Below, piece by piece: positions 17,323 to 28,000 of a DNA stretch of 64,000 nucleotides (within the stretch, counting starts at the first letter, position 1; each line of letters opens with the position of its first letter). Both the position numbers and the translations under genes were made by a program. A model generated the notes under the pieces. It saw only the letters and a list, made by a program, of their open reading frames with translations, ran no database searches and was not told where the DNA came from. The DNA is from Leptolyngbyaceae cyanobacterium (lineage in GTDB: Bacteria; Cyanobacteriota; Cyanobacteriia; Phormidesmidales; Phormidesmidaceae). The stretch lies in the NCBI GenBank assembly GCA_965263355.1, contig CBDHHL010000046.1:32001-96000 (forward strand), read 5' to 3'.

Positions 17323-17733
17323 ATGAAGACCAGAGAAACTGCAGCTCTTGGACACTTCCTGACAACCCTTAGACGCAACTCCGCACTTAAAGACCAATAC
17401 GCGCTCAGCTCAAAACTGGGTATAAGCTACCCAACCCTTAGAAAGTGGGAGACCGGAGAGGCCACAATATCGAGAAGGAGCCTGGACAACTTCCTGCTTG
17501 CCACAAAAGCCAATAGCCATGAGCGTAAAAAAGCCTTACTGCTCAGAGATCAATTTCCACGAAAAAGAACACTAGAAGGACTGTCCCAAAAAAATAAAAA
17601 CAAAGCAGTGAGAAGGCTATTCAAGTACATTAAGGAACTGTGTGAATATAACGACTATGTTATATCTCCAAAATTGCAGCACGACATCAAAATAGATATA
17701 AAAAGAATTATCGAGGAAGAATTAGAAAAATGA
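17323..17733 (+). CDS. XRE-family HTH transcriptional regulator
   Basis: QYALSSKLGISYPTLRKWETG helix-turn-helix. Confidence 0.8.
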   Translation: MKTRETAALGHFLTTLRRNSALKDQYALSSKLGISYPTLRKWETGEATISRRSLDNFLLATKANSHERKKALLLRDQFPRKRTLEGLSQKNKNKAVRRLFKYIKELCEYNDYVISPKLQHDIKIDIKRIIEEELEK

Positions 17734-19157
17734 CTAAGACTCAATTACTTCTATATGAACCACACAAGGGCTACAGAGCCGACAATCTAATAATACCTAG
17801 GAAGTCTCTTAACGAAAAAATGTTAGAACAAGCTCTAACGTTTCAGATAGGGGAAACTTGGGAAGTTGACGATATGAATGTTAGGACTGGTCGACTGGTT
17901 CCTAAATACTTACGTCTTATGGGAAAGAACAAAAACCATCTCATTATCCCTCGCAACTTTCCAGCCCTCTGGGGCAAGGATTTTGTCAATGGTACAAAAA
18001 TTGAACAGTATAGACCAAACTATAAAAAGATAGTTTATCCGGACAATATTACTTTGCGCCCTACCCAAGCGAGAGCGATAAAACACATGTTAAGGCATCG
18101 CTCAGGAACAGTACAACTAGCTTGTGGACGAGGAAAAACTGTTTTAGCACTTCACTATATAGTAAAAAGACAAATGCCCGCAATAGTGATAGTGAACCAA
18201 ACTGGATTGCTTGACCAATGGATAGAACAGATCCACCAACACATAGATCCAAATCTTCGAGTAGGAGTCATTCAAGGTTCGTCTAATGATTGGGATGCTC
18301 CAATCGTACTGGCTACAGTACAAACCTTAGCTAAAAGACGATCAGAACTACCTCAGCAATTCAGAGAACAATTTGGTATCACGTTCTATGACGAATGCCA
18401 TCACATGTCTGCGCCTTATTTTTCTAGGACAGCAGACCTGTTTTACGGTGACAGGTTTGGATTAACTGCTACTGCACGACGTACCGACAACCTCGAAGCC
18501 ATCTATATGGCCCACCTCGGCCCCATAATCTACAAAGATCTGACCCAAGATTTGATCCCAAATTGCACATTTCACCTCTTAAATTGGGCACCATCGGAGA
18601 AACAAAGACAAGAGTCTGTGGACAAAACAGGCAAAACACACCATAGAAAACTATGCTCTATGTTTGGTAAGGTAGCTGTTCGGAATTACTTCATAATGCA
18701 GAATGTACAAGAGGACATAAACAACGGCAGAATGGTTCTCGTTTTAGCACATTCCATTGATGGGGTGCGCGAATTGTTTTATCAATGGCCAGGCACCAAC
18801 GCTGGTTTGATCACAGGGAAAGATGGAGCTAAACGAGGAAGAATCAAAGTGCTTAGAGAGTGCAATCCAGTATTTGCGACTTTTGAACTAGCTCGAGAAG
18901 CTCTTGATAAAAAACATCTCGATTCGCTGCATTTGACCACGCCTTTTCAATCCCCTTTTGACTTACAACAAAGTGTTGGCCGTATTCAAAGGACAGCAGA
19001 AGGCAAACAAACCCCCACAGCTCATTTTTACGAAGACAAGAATTTCCCCCTTTCCCGAAGACAATCCGCTGAACTCAGAAAATATCTGACAGCGCTGGGG
19101 TACCCCTACAAAATTAGAGAAAGCAGGATCGATGGACTGGACGCCAAAAACCGTTGA
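17730..19157 (+). CDS. Superfamily 2 DExH helicase
   Basis: LRPTQ Q-motif, [28 protein letters not shown]. Confidence 0.92.
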   Translation: MTKTQLLLYEPHKGYRADNLIIPRKSLNEKMLEQALTFQIGETWEVDDMNVRTGRLVPKYLRLMGKNKNHLIIPRNFPALWGKDFVNGTKIEQYRPNYKKIVYPDNITLRPTQARAIKHMLRHRSGTVQLACGRGKTVLALHYIVKRQMPAIVIVNQTGLLDQWIEQIHQHIDPNLRVGVIQGSSNDWDAPIVLATVQTLAKRRSELPQQFREQFGITFYDECHHMSAPYFSRTADLFYGDRFGLTATARRTDNLEAIYMAHLGPIIYKDLTQDLIPNCTFHLLNWAPSEKQRQESVDKTGKTHHRKLCSMFGKVAVRNYFIMQNVQEDINNGRMVLVLAHSIDGVRELFYQWPGTNAGLITGKDGAKRGRIKVLRECNPVFATFELAREALDKKHLDSLHLTTPFQSPFDLQQSVGRIQRTAEGKQTPTAHFYEDKNFPLSRRQSAELRKYLTALGYPYKIRESRIDGLDAKNR

Positions 19158-19821
19158 AAGAAGAATAGACAAACTAAGGAAGGAGTGGGCCGATTGCAAA
19201 AAATGCAAACTCCACAGAACACGCACAAATGTGGTCTTTGGACAAGGCAATCCTACGGCCTCAATATTATTCATTGGAGAAGGCCCGGGAGAAATGGAGG
19301 ATAAGACAGGAATACCATTCCATCCGGAAGCGGCCTCTGGGCTTCTCCTAGCAGACCTTTTAGAAGCTGTGGGACTAGACAGGAACGATTGCTATATCAC
19401 AAACGCTGTTTGCTGTCGACCACCAGAAAACCGAGATCCTACCAAAATTGAACAGGATGCTTGTTACCCAAGGCTTCGAAACCTTATCTATAATATTGAT
19501 CCAATAATTATTGTTCCCATCGGTAAGATAGCCATGAAACAACTAATTAAAGGAGCAGGAACTTCCATTAAAAACAATCAAGGTCAACTGTTTGAAATTG
19601 AAATAGAAGGAGTTTACAGTAAAGTCACCTATCCCGCAATTCCAATACTGCATCCTGCCTTTATTAACAGAACAGATGCTGTTAATCCAAAAACTGGCAT
19701 GTGGCCATCTGGCGGTAATTTTGCCAAAACACTAGACACCCTTGTGCGCATCAAACAAATCGTCGAATTTTTGCAAGATGGGTATGAGCGAGGAAAGAAA
19801 TTAAGGATTATCAATGAGTAG
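19132..19821 (+). CDS. udg: Uracil-DNA glycosylase, family 4
   Basis: [33 protein letters not shown]. Confidence 0.92.
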   Translation: MDWTPKTVERRIDKLRKEWADCKKCKLHRTRTNVVFGQGNPTASILFIGEGPGEMEDKTGIPFHPEAASGLLLADLLEAVGLDRNDCYITNAVCCRPPENRDPTKIEQDACYPRLRNLIYNIDPIIIVPIGKIAMKQLIKGAGTSIKNNQGQLFEIEIEGVYSKVTYPAIPILHPAFINRTDAVNPKTGMWPSGGNFAKTLDTLVRIKQIVEFLQDGYERGKKLRIINE

Positions 19822-20329
19822 GCTTAAAAAAACCTCGACTAAAATAGGTAAACCCAAGAAGAAGAAATCCGAGGCTGAGAAAGCTGTCACGGAGTTTGAG
19901 GAGGTACTAGAAGAGTACGAAACAGAAGTAGCAGCATGGAGAGAGGAGTATAAAGAAGCTGCGAGCTCTTTAGATACCTTAGAAGAAATGCGGGCAGAAG
20001 TGATTGCAAAAAGTAATGCAGCAAAGCAACTAGTATCCAAAGAGGGGGGTACTATCGGACGATTCATTCTTACGGAAAGGAGGAGTAGTCCAAAGTATTG
20101 CGGAGAAAAACTATTGAACTTGATTAAAAAAAGGAAAATAAGCGACAAGCAAATTGCCGGCCTTTTCCGAAAAAAGGCAGTTGCTTTGGTCAAGATCGAT
20201 CAAAGCATGGCGAAATTACTTGTTGATGTGGGGGATGAAAACCTTCAACAGGTATTGTCTGACATATTTGACCCTGGTGGAGATTTAGTTTCCAACGCTG
20301 TGACCGTACCAAAATGGGACAAGAAATGA
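19814..20329 (+). CDS. Hypothetical protein (coiled coil, basic N-terminus)
   Basis: Translationally coupled ORF in the replication operon. Confidence 0.7.
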   Translation: MSRLKKTSTKIGKPKKKKSEAEKAVTEFEEVLEEYETEVAAWREEYKEAASSLDTLEEMRAEVIAKSNAAKQLVSKEGGTIGRFILTERRSSPKYCGEKLLNLIKKRKISDKQIAGLFRKKAVALVKIDQSMAKLLVDVGDENLQQVLSDIFDPGGDLVSNAVTVPKWDKK

Positions 20330-20757
20330 CACGTGTCATTTGTACGGACCTACAAGTCCAAAATGTTAAGGCTAATGTCTTTGCAAAAAGGGGCAATCGA
20401 GAGGTTCGTAAGGATTGGAAAATAACATTGAGTAAAAAACAACTAAGCCAACTTGAAGATCTTGTTGGTGATGGACTAGGTAAGGTAACCGTTGGAGTCG
20501 AACTGAAAGAGTCTGACTTCGGGACCGCAGCAGGGTGTTTTGTTTCTGTAACTCTTACCTGCGGTCAAACAATGCCTGAAATAGAGAAAGCTCATGCCAA
20601 AGCAGAAAAAATGGCCCTTCATTGGGTAAATGAAGGGCACAAAAAGGCCGCAGATCTACTGAATGAAATCATGAATGAGGAAGAGGAGGAGGAGGAGGAA
20701 GATGATAATAGAATGACAAAACAACGACCTAAATCAAAACCGAAGTTTATAAGGTGA
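20314..20757 (+). CDS. Hypothetical protein with a poly-Glu patch
   Basis: Coupled ORF in the operon. Confidence 0.7.
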   Translation: MGQEMTRVICTDLQVQNVKANVFAKRGNREVRKDWKITLSKKQLSQLEDLVGDGLGKVTVGVELKESDFGTAAGCFVSVTLTCGQTMPEIEKAHAKAEKMALHWVNEGHKKAADLLNEIMNEEEEEEEEDDNRMTKQRPKSKPKFIR

Positions 20758-20761
20758 TGCG

Positions 20762-21073
20762 ATGATATCTGTAACAGATCCAAACATAAATATTCGCAAC
20801 ATTCGAACCAAGGAGATCCGCATCTCGACGCACAGGGCGATTGTTTGTGATATATCTTATCTAGGGGAAAAAGGTCCTTTAGGCACGATAACTATCTCTA
20901 ATCAAGTCACACAATTCCCAAACATCATTTCGGAAGCTTCCTTGGAACTAATGGAGAAGCTGTGTCAATCTCTAGAAGAAGACGTAGCCAAGGAAGTATT
21001 TAACCAAGCGAGACAAACTCCGGCTGAAAAACGAACGAGTCTTGGAACAAACGAGGACAGTTTATGGCGATGA
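20762..21073 (+). CDS. Hypothetical protein
   Basis: 103-aa ORF after AAGGTG. Confidence 0.65.
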   Translation: MISVTDPNINIRNIRTKEIRISTHRAIVCDISYLGEKGPLGTITISNQVTQFPNIISEASLELMEKLCQSLEEDVAKEVFNQARQTPAEKRTSLGTNEDSLWR

Positions 21074-22650
21074 GCAGCGCTCTAGAAGCTCGAGTCATAT
21101 CCGCCATACTTCTTCAGAAAAACCTCAAGCCGGCAATTAAGCAAGGCCTGAGTGTGGACCATTTCTCTGATCGAGAACTAGGTAGGATCTACGAATTAAT
21201 CATCAAGCACTATAACAGTATTGATGCGCCTAAAACATTCCCGTCTACGAAGACAATTAAGTCCCGGTTTCCGGGATTTAAACTCCTCAAAAGCAACGGG
21301 GATGAACTAGCTGCTTTGGTCAAAGAACTCAGATATGCTTGTCTGTCCTCAGACCTCAACAGTATGGCTGCAACAATCACCGAGATTGTTGCAGAAGAAG
21401 AACCAGAAGTCGCTTTAGAATTTCTTCGAGATTCTCTTGGAACCATCAAACACAAGTTGTCTGGCAACAACGGCATGCGAATGTCGAACATGCTTAGCCA
21501 AATAGTATCCCAATATGAGACAGCGCAACAGGGCGGAAGCTACGGCCTCCCGTGGCCCTTTCCTTGTTTAACTGAAGATACTCTAGGTAAGCGGCCCGGC
21601 GACTTGATTTTTATATACGGTCGCCCCAAGAGCATGAAGACGTGGATAGCTGTTAAATCAGCCATGTATGATTATGAGAAGTCAAAAGCCCGCGTCCTGT
21701 TCTGGTCTCGAGAAATGCAAGAAGAGCAACTCGCTCTACGTTTTGGCTCCATAATTGGTCGTGTAGATTACCAATTGCTCAAGAGGGGCAAGCTGCCCCC
21801 AGCTGTTTGGGAACGAGCAAGAGGCAAAATTGTAGAACTGCAACAAGTGTTGCGACGTGATGAGAAAGAAAGAAAGAGGAGACGAGATAGAGACCTCAAC
21901 GACTTCATAATTTACGCTGGAAGAAATGCGCCTCGAGACTTCCTAGAACTGCGAACGATCATTGAAGAGGCAGAAGCAGATATTGCCTATCTAGACTCTT
22001 TTTACCATTTACAACACCCTACAAAAGGGGGGCGTTCCGATGTCGAAAGACTAAGAAACCTAATAGAAGAGGCCAAACAGTTAGCCTTAGATCTTGGTAT
22101 ACCTGTGGTATTAATACACCAAGCTAACAGAGAAGGAGAAAACACACACGGAGACACCATGCGAGATATCGCTCGAGCCGATGCCGCTGCGGCAGAATGT
22201 GACTTGGCACTGAGAGTGCTTAAGAAGAAAGTTTCAAGCATATGGGAAGAAGACTATGAAGGCTACTTCGAGAAGGAAGGGAAGGAGAAAAGCCGAAAGA
22301 TTTTTGCTCGAGGATCCAAGCTCAACAAAAAGAAAAAGAAACCAGTAGAAGGAACAATCAAAACCACACCGTACAGTAGAACTAAAGCGGAATTGGCCAT
22401 CATGTTGGCAGGATCTAGAGACGGTGTAAAAGATGGGTTTATTATTTCCGCAAATCCTGGATATGAGTTTGAGGTCATTAACGATGATGTAAATGCTGAT
22501 GATGTAAAACGGTGGCTGAAAAAAGAAGAAGAATTAGCTGAAAAGGCCGACAAGCGGGAAAAACAACAAAAGCAGGAAGCCTCATCATATAAACGCAATC
22601 CTGAGGCTGCGAAGCAACTAATGAAATCCAACGTCCGACTTCGGAGATAG
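21064..22650 (+). CDS. dnaB: DnaB-like replicative helicase
   Basis: GDLIFIYGRPKSMKT Walker A, FWSREM, AYLDS, KQLALDLGIPVVLIHQANR. Confidence 0.85.
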   Translation: MAMSSALEARVISAILLQKNLKPAIKQGLSVDHFSDRELGRIYELIIKHYNSIDAPKTFPSTKTIKSRFPGFKLLKSNGDELAALVKELRYACLSSDLNSMAATITEIVAEEEPEVALEFLRDSLGTIKHKLSGNNGMRMSNMLSQIVSQYETAQQGGSYGLPWPFPCLTEDTLGKRPGDLIFIYGRPKSMKTWIAVKSAMYDYEKSKARVLFWSREMQEEQLALRFGSIIGRVDYQLLKRGKLPPAVWERARGKIVELQQVLRRDEKERKRRRDRDLNDFIIYAGRNAPRDFLELRTIIEEAEADIAYLDSFYHLQHPTKGGRSDVERLRNLIEEAKQLALDLGIPVVLIHQANREGENTHGDTMRDIARADAAAAECDLALRVLKKKVSSIWEEDYEGYFEKEGKEKSRKIFARGSKLNKKKKKPVEGTIKTTPYSRTKAELAIMLAGSRDGVKDGFIISANPGYEFEVINDDVNADDVKRWLKKEEELAEKADKREKQQKQEASSYKRNPEAAKQLMKSNVRLRR

Positions 22651-22651
22651 C

Positions 22652-23704
22652 ATGTCCATTGCAGATCTTGCCTGGGAGCTTGCACAAGAACACCTAGAAA
22701 AAGCAAGAATTCAAAGTGAAGCCTTTATCTATTCTGCATGCCCTTTCCACAACGACAACAAACCAAGTTTCTATATTTCTCGCACAACAGGGTCTTGGAA
22801 TTGTTGGTCTTGTCATACAAGTGGATCCTCGTTGGAGGAGCTGCTCAAGGCTTTAGGGGTCAAAGGGTCCTACAAAGTCCACAAGGAGATTGCACAGCTC
22901 AAAAAAGAAGCTAAAAAAGCGAAAAAGCTTGAAAGGCTAAAAAAGGAGGCGATCAGAAAAAAGACATTTAAAGCCAAGCACGTACTGCCTGAGGATCTAT
23001 TGGGTGTTTATGATTGGACGCCGACTTCTCTTGTTGAGACATTCGGGGTAGATCTATTGGAAGATCACCAAATAGGTTTTGATCAAATACACAATAGAGT
23101 AACTTACCCCATTCGAGACATTCATGGGAATTTGATAGGGATCAGTGGGAGAAAGCTAGAAAAGGACTACGGTCCGAAATACAAAATATACAACGGAGTG
23201 CACCAGAACATGGACGGCATTCAAACACCGGGAGAATTGGGGGAGTGGTACCCTTGGTATTCCGCAGAAGGAATTAAAGATCATCTGTGGAGAGGGGAGC
23301 GAGTCTTCTGGGAAATTTACGAAGGTCGTATGAACGACCTCATAATCACAGAAGGATTTAAAGCTGCGCTGTGGCTAGTCTTGTGTGGCTACGAAAATGT
23401 AGTGGCACTTATGCAGTCCAAAATGACAGCTGCCCAAGAAGCCCTTATTCGACGCATGGGGACACCGACCTGGATTTTTTTGGACAATGACACTGCTGGC
23501 CGATCAGGCGCTGAAGATGCTGCACAAAGACTTGGCAACGCACCTTTTCCTGTGTATATTACTCGCTATCCGGAGTGGGCAAGTAGCTCTGCCCAACCTG
23601 ACGATTTGGATGAGTCTACGATAGATCGTTGTCTCTTTCATGCGGAAGTGGTCGTCAGCAAAAGTCGGCATAGATATCGACGGAAATCTTTTGCACGGGT
23701 TTGA
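22652..23704 (+). CDS. dnaG: DnaG-type primase (CHC2 Zn finger plus TOPRIM)
   Basis: CPFHND.KPSF...CWSC, YPIRD..G..IGISGR, IITEG, FLDNDTAG. Confidence 0.9.
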   Translation: MSIADLAWELAQEHLEKARIQSEAFIYSACPFHNDNKPSFYISRTTGSWNCWSCHTSGSSLEELLKALGVKGSYKVHKEIAQLKKEAKKAKKLERLKKEAIRKKTFKAKHVLPEDLLGVYDWTPTSLVETFGVDLLEDHQIGFDQIHNRVTYPIRDIHGNLIGISGRKLEKDYGPKYKIYNGVHQNMDGIQTPGELGEWYPWYSAEGIKDHLWRGERVFWEIYEGRMNDLIITEGFKAALWLVLCGYENVVALMQSKMTAAQEALIRRMGTPTWIFLDNDTAGRSGAEDAAQRLGNAPFPVYITRYPEWASSSAQPDDLDESTIDRCLFHAEVVVSKSRHRYRRKSFARV

Positions 23705-23760
23705 TTGGGTCTGTTTAAAAATTAATTGGGTTTGTAAAAAGTAAAGTTGGGTCTGAAAAG
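23705..23760. repeat. Three direct repeats TTGGGTYTG at 21-bp period
   Basis: Copies start at 23705, 23726 and 23747, each followed by an A-tract; intergenic between primase and the next gene. Confidence 0.8.
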
Positions 23761-23769
23761 GATTAGAAT

Positions 23770-25083
23770 ATGGAAGAAAAAACAATTGGCGGTCGCCTAT
23801 CGACCAGAAGAACAACAGCAAAAATAATGAGGTCCTCTTCTAGAAAAGGGGGACTTCATTATTTAGGATATCGTCTAAAACTAACAGAACGAAGCACTAG
23901 ATTGCACTTCACTCGTTCGCTCGATGAGGATGGCAATAAGATCTTGTACCCCAATCCTGAGATAGAAGATCTCTGGCACGAATGGAAGATTGGAAAGAGT
24001 TATTTTGTTAAAACTCAAACAAGGCCAAAAGGAATGCCGGTCGAGTGGTCTCCTAAAAACAATCTTATAGAGGCCTACCGATTCCCAGCTCAGTATGGGG
24101 TTGAGGACCGGGAAGAGTTATCAGCTGGGGCATTTCTCAAAGAATTTTATCCAAAGCTGTACTTCTGTACAAGTGGCTGGGTAGAGGAGTGGTACCACCT
24201 GGTTCAAGTGAAAAAGAAAGACGGAAGCGGTACGTATACTGACCGAATTAGGTGCGAAGGCAAAGGATGTAAGCACTGCGAGGAGAAATGGCCTCGTGTT
24301 TTCGGAAATCGTTTCTGGATAGACTTCAGTCCAGGTCAATGGACCAATGTTATTGACAGAACAATGGAAGAAATGGATCGGCTTCCTCTTGAAGGAGGCT
24401 ATGTTTATCCATCCCACTACGAGTGTGAAGGTTGTGGAGAAATCCTATCTTTTACGGACGAGAAATCTGGACGAGAATATACATTAGATCTAACAAACTC
24501 ATGTGACTGCGGAGCCACGGGAGAAGACATAGGCTTAGACGCCGAAAGACATATGGCTGTGTGTCAATTGTGTGGGCAAGAATGGACATTACTCACGCAT
24601 GAAAATGGTGTAATGAAGTCCAGCTTGGACAAAGAGTTGAAGTGTAACAACTGTGGACATGTAGGGTATGCTAAAGGCGTCTTTAAACATATCCCCCAGG
24701 ACGAAGATGGGGAAGAGCTAGAAGAGTGGACTCCAGTAAGTTTGTTCGATGCTCAAGTGACTATGTTCAGAGAGGCAGGTACGGAGAAAAAGAATGGTAA
24801 CATCAATATTACCAACTGGAAAGTTCAAGAGCCTGACCCACGTCTCTTCGACCCTCGCTACCAAGGATGGGACGGTAACCCAAAAAATGTAGATGAGAAG
24901 AAAATTGCGGAAATGTGGGTACAAAGACATAAACAAACTTTGAACCTGAACGACATCCACCAAGTTTTAGACCCGGATGAAGTCGCAGATAAACTTGGAT
25001 TGTGTAATATCCTGGCACCAGCCCCATCAAAAAAACGGCAGGAATTCCAGCCGAGAGTGGGGCGCATAAAGAAAAAGAAGTGA
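23770..25083 (+). CDS. Cys-rich replication protein, candidate single-stranded DNA-binding protein
   Basis: 437 aa between primase and polymerase; aromatic-rich; Cys clusters CEGKGCKHC, CEGC, CDC, CQLC, CNNC. SSB role inferred from position only. Confidence 0.45.
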   Translation: MEEKTIGGRLSTRRTTAKIMRSSSRKGGLHYLGYRLKLTERSTRLHFTRSLDEDGNKILYPNPEIEDLWHEWKIGKSYFVKTQTRPKGMPVEWSPKNNLIEAYRFPAQYGVEDREELSAGAFLKEFYPKLYFCTSGWVEEWYHLVQVKKKDGSGTYTDRIRCEGKGCKHCEEKWPRVFGNRFWIDFSPGQWTNVIDRTMEEMDRLPLEGGYVYPSHYECEGCGEILSFTDEKSGREYTLDLTNSCDCGATGEDIGLDAERHMAVCQLCGQEWTLLTHENGVMKSSLDKELKCNNCGHVGYAKGVFKHIPQDEDGEELEEWTPVSLFDAQVTMFREAGTEKKNGNINITNWKVQEPDPRLFDPRYQGWDGNPKNVDEKKIAEMWVQRHKQTLNLNDIHQVLDPDEVADKLGLCNILAPAPSKKRQEFQPRVGRIKKKK

Positions 25084-25084
25084 T

Positions 25085-28000
25085 ATGGCCCTGAACTTAA
25101 AAATCCCGCCAGTAACAGCTGCACTAGACGACGAATCCGCAGCACAAGCTAGACAAGCCTTTCTAAACAAGATTGAACAAGAGCCGGAAGACTGGATTGG
25201 TTTTGATACAGAAACTCACGGACTAAAAATTGTAAAGGAGGGAGTAAAGCCAACTCGGGCAGACCCATTAGATTGGATGAATGACACCGTAACTTTCTGG
25301 TCGCTTGCGGCAAAATTTAATGGAGAATACAAACGATTTTGTTTTGACCAAAATCACTTTCAATTTTTTGCCCCTGTACTAGAACACCCTAAAGCCAAGC
25401 TGGCTGGATGGAACCTAAAGTATGATGCTCATATAGCTTGGAACTGCGGCATCAACATTTGGAACTGTGCACGTGCTGTAGACTTCCTAATGGCTGGCTC
25501 TATGCTAGATGAGAATGTGACTCGAAGCGAGATGTCACTAAAACAAGTTACGCCTCGAGGATATAACTCAGAGTGGCGAAGAGCAGTAGCAAGAACTGTA
25601 CAATCAGAGATGGGATATACAGACTTTTGTGATATTCCAAGAGAGGTCTATCTAGAAGTACAAGAAGAAGTAGAGAGACGTATAACGCCTTGGGAAGGTT
25701 TCCAAATGACACCTTTCAAAGCCCTATTCAAAGGCTGCATAGACCCAAACACCAGAAAGCCTGCTGTAGAATTTCAAACAAGCCTCTATGATCTACCTGT
25801 TGATAGGGTTGCAAATTATGCTTCGTTGGACGCCTTAGCCCATCTTTGGCTAGGCGAACATATCCAACAAGTTATGCAGGCACACAAATCTGAAGACTAT
25901 TGTGCCTACCCAAACATGTGGGATTACTATTGCGAAGCAGAAGACCCCATAACTCAAGTGCTTTGGCGCCTAGAACGCCGAGGTCTACCACTTAACAAGA
26001 AACATTTAGAAGCACTAGTCGACCCACTTGAAGAAGAAATTGCAGCTATAACTAAAGAAATAAATCGGAAAGCTCAAAAGCCCATAAATCTCAGGTCACC
26101 CCAACAAGTGGCAAATTTCTTATATGGAGATTTTCCAAAAGATGCCTATGAGGATCCAAGATGGAGGAAAATAATCCCTGCCTGGACAGGCACCCTCCAA
26201 CCTAAAACTGATGCAGAAACTTTAGAGCTTCTTGCCGCCGCAGGAAATGATGCGGCAAAACTTATTAACCGGCATCGAAAAATCGAAAAGATTTATGGGA
26301 CCTATGTAACGAAACTCATATTTTGTCATGATTATTTTAAAGATGGGCGGGTACACACTCAATTTCGGCAAAATGGAACTAGGACAGGTCGTTGCTCGAC
26401 TGGGGATCCTGTTAACTCTCAGAATCTCCCAAACCCTGAAAATGATGAATTTCAAATCCGAGTAGCATTCTGCTCAAAGTCTTCAAAGGAAAAATCAGTC
26501 ACCAAAAAGCCCTACAAGCGCAAGTTGGTTTGTGGGGACTATGCACAATTAGAGATGCGCATCATGGCCCATTTTTGTCTGTATAAATGTATGAGGATAT
26601 CCGTCTGTGAAGGCGACACTAGAGCCATAAGTATCCTCGTAAATCAACGACGGAAACCTTATGTTAGATCTTTCGATTTTTCCTTAAACACACACGTGAA
26701 TAAACAAATCACCAACCACTTTAAGAACGGAGATCATGTTAGTTACGCCCCAACTACCGCTGGTATGAAGCCAGAAGATTGGCTGATTGTACGTCACGAT
26801 GCGGCCCCAAACGGGATGCCTCTCATCATTACACCACAACATCGGGTGCTTAGATCAGATGGGAGCAAAATCCCTATTGGGGATTTAGAAGTAGGTGATT
26901 ACTTATTATACGATGAACCAAAGTTAATCGGACTCCACCTGCAGATGGTTATCATCCAAGTCATCAATAACAAAGAATTCAAACACCGCATTGAGTGGAA
27001 AGAGAATGAGGGAGTCCCATACGAACACAGAACTTTTGATGAAAAATACTGCCAGTTTAAACAAAATGTGCTGAAACAACTTGAAGCTAAAAATCATGGG
27101 AGCCCGTCTCTCAATCATATCAAACGTCGCATTAGACCAACAAAACAACTCTGGGAAATCGTGGATAATATGGCCGATAAACACCGGCCAAAAAAAGAAC
27201 TTTTGGAACAAATTGGTCCGGCCGGTTTAGCCATCTGGTATTGTGATACGGGAACAATATATGGTCATCTAGGCTCAAGCTTCATCAAGATTTCAATGCC
27301 CAGAACATGTGCAGAAGACGTTGAAATACTCAATAAACTAGGTACAAATTTTATAACTATGAGCAATGGCTTTGGTCTGTTGTCCAAAGACTTTGAGTCT
27401 TTCTTCCAGATTGTAGGTCCATACATTCCTTGGTGCATGAGCTATAAAGTGCCTAAAGAATTTCACCATTATATAGGCACCGCTTCGGAAGAATGGGAAG
27501 TTCCTATGCCCCCCATTCGCCCTGTGACTATTATTGAGAAGCGGCCAGCGAAATTAGAAGATCTCGAAAGAGGTTACGGGTCTAAATACGACATAGAAGT
27601 AGAAGATACACACAACTACTTTGCGCAAAATATCTTGGTATCTAACAGCACAGACAATGCCATGATTGATGCCATTTGGTCCGGGAAAGATATGCATTGC
27701 ATCACCGTGGAAAGGATGTGGGGCATACCGTATGAAGAAGTCAAAGAGGCTAAAAAAGCTAAAGAAGCCGGCACAGCCACAGAAGAACAACTGGGACACG
27801 CGAAAAAACGTTCAGATTCAAAAGCTGTAGGATTTGGAATTTTTTATGGAGCCCAAGAGAAAAACATAAGTATCCGTTTAGAGTGCTCAAGAGAACGAGC
27901 CAGAGAACTCATAAACCTATACTTTAAAGCATACCCCAAAGTAAAACGATTCATCAATGAAACACACTGGCGTTGCAGACAAATGCAATTTGTAACAACA

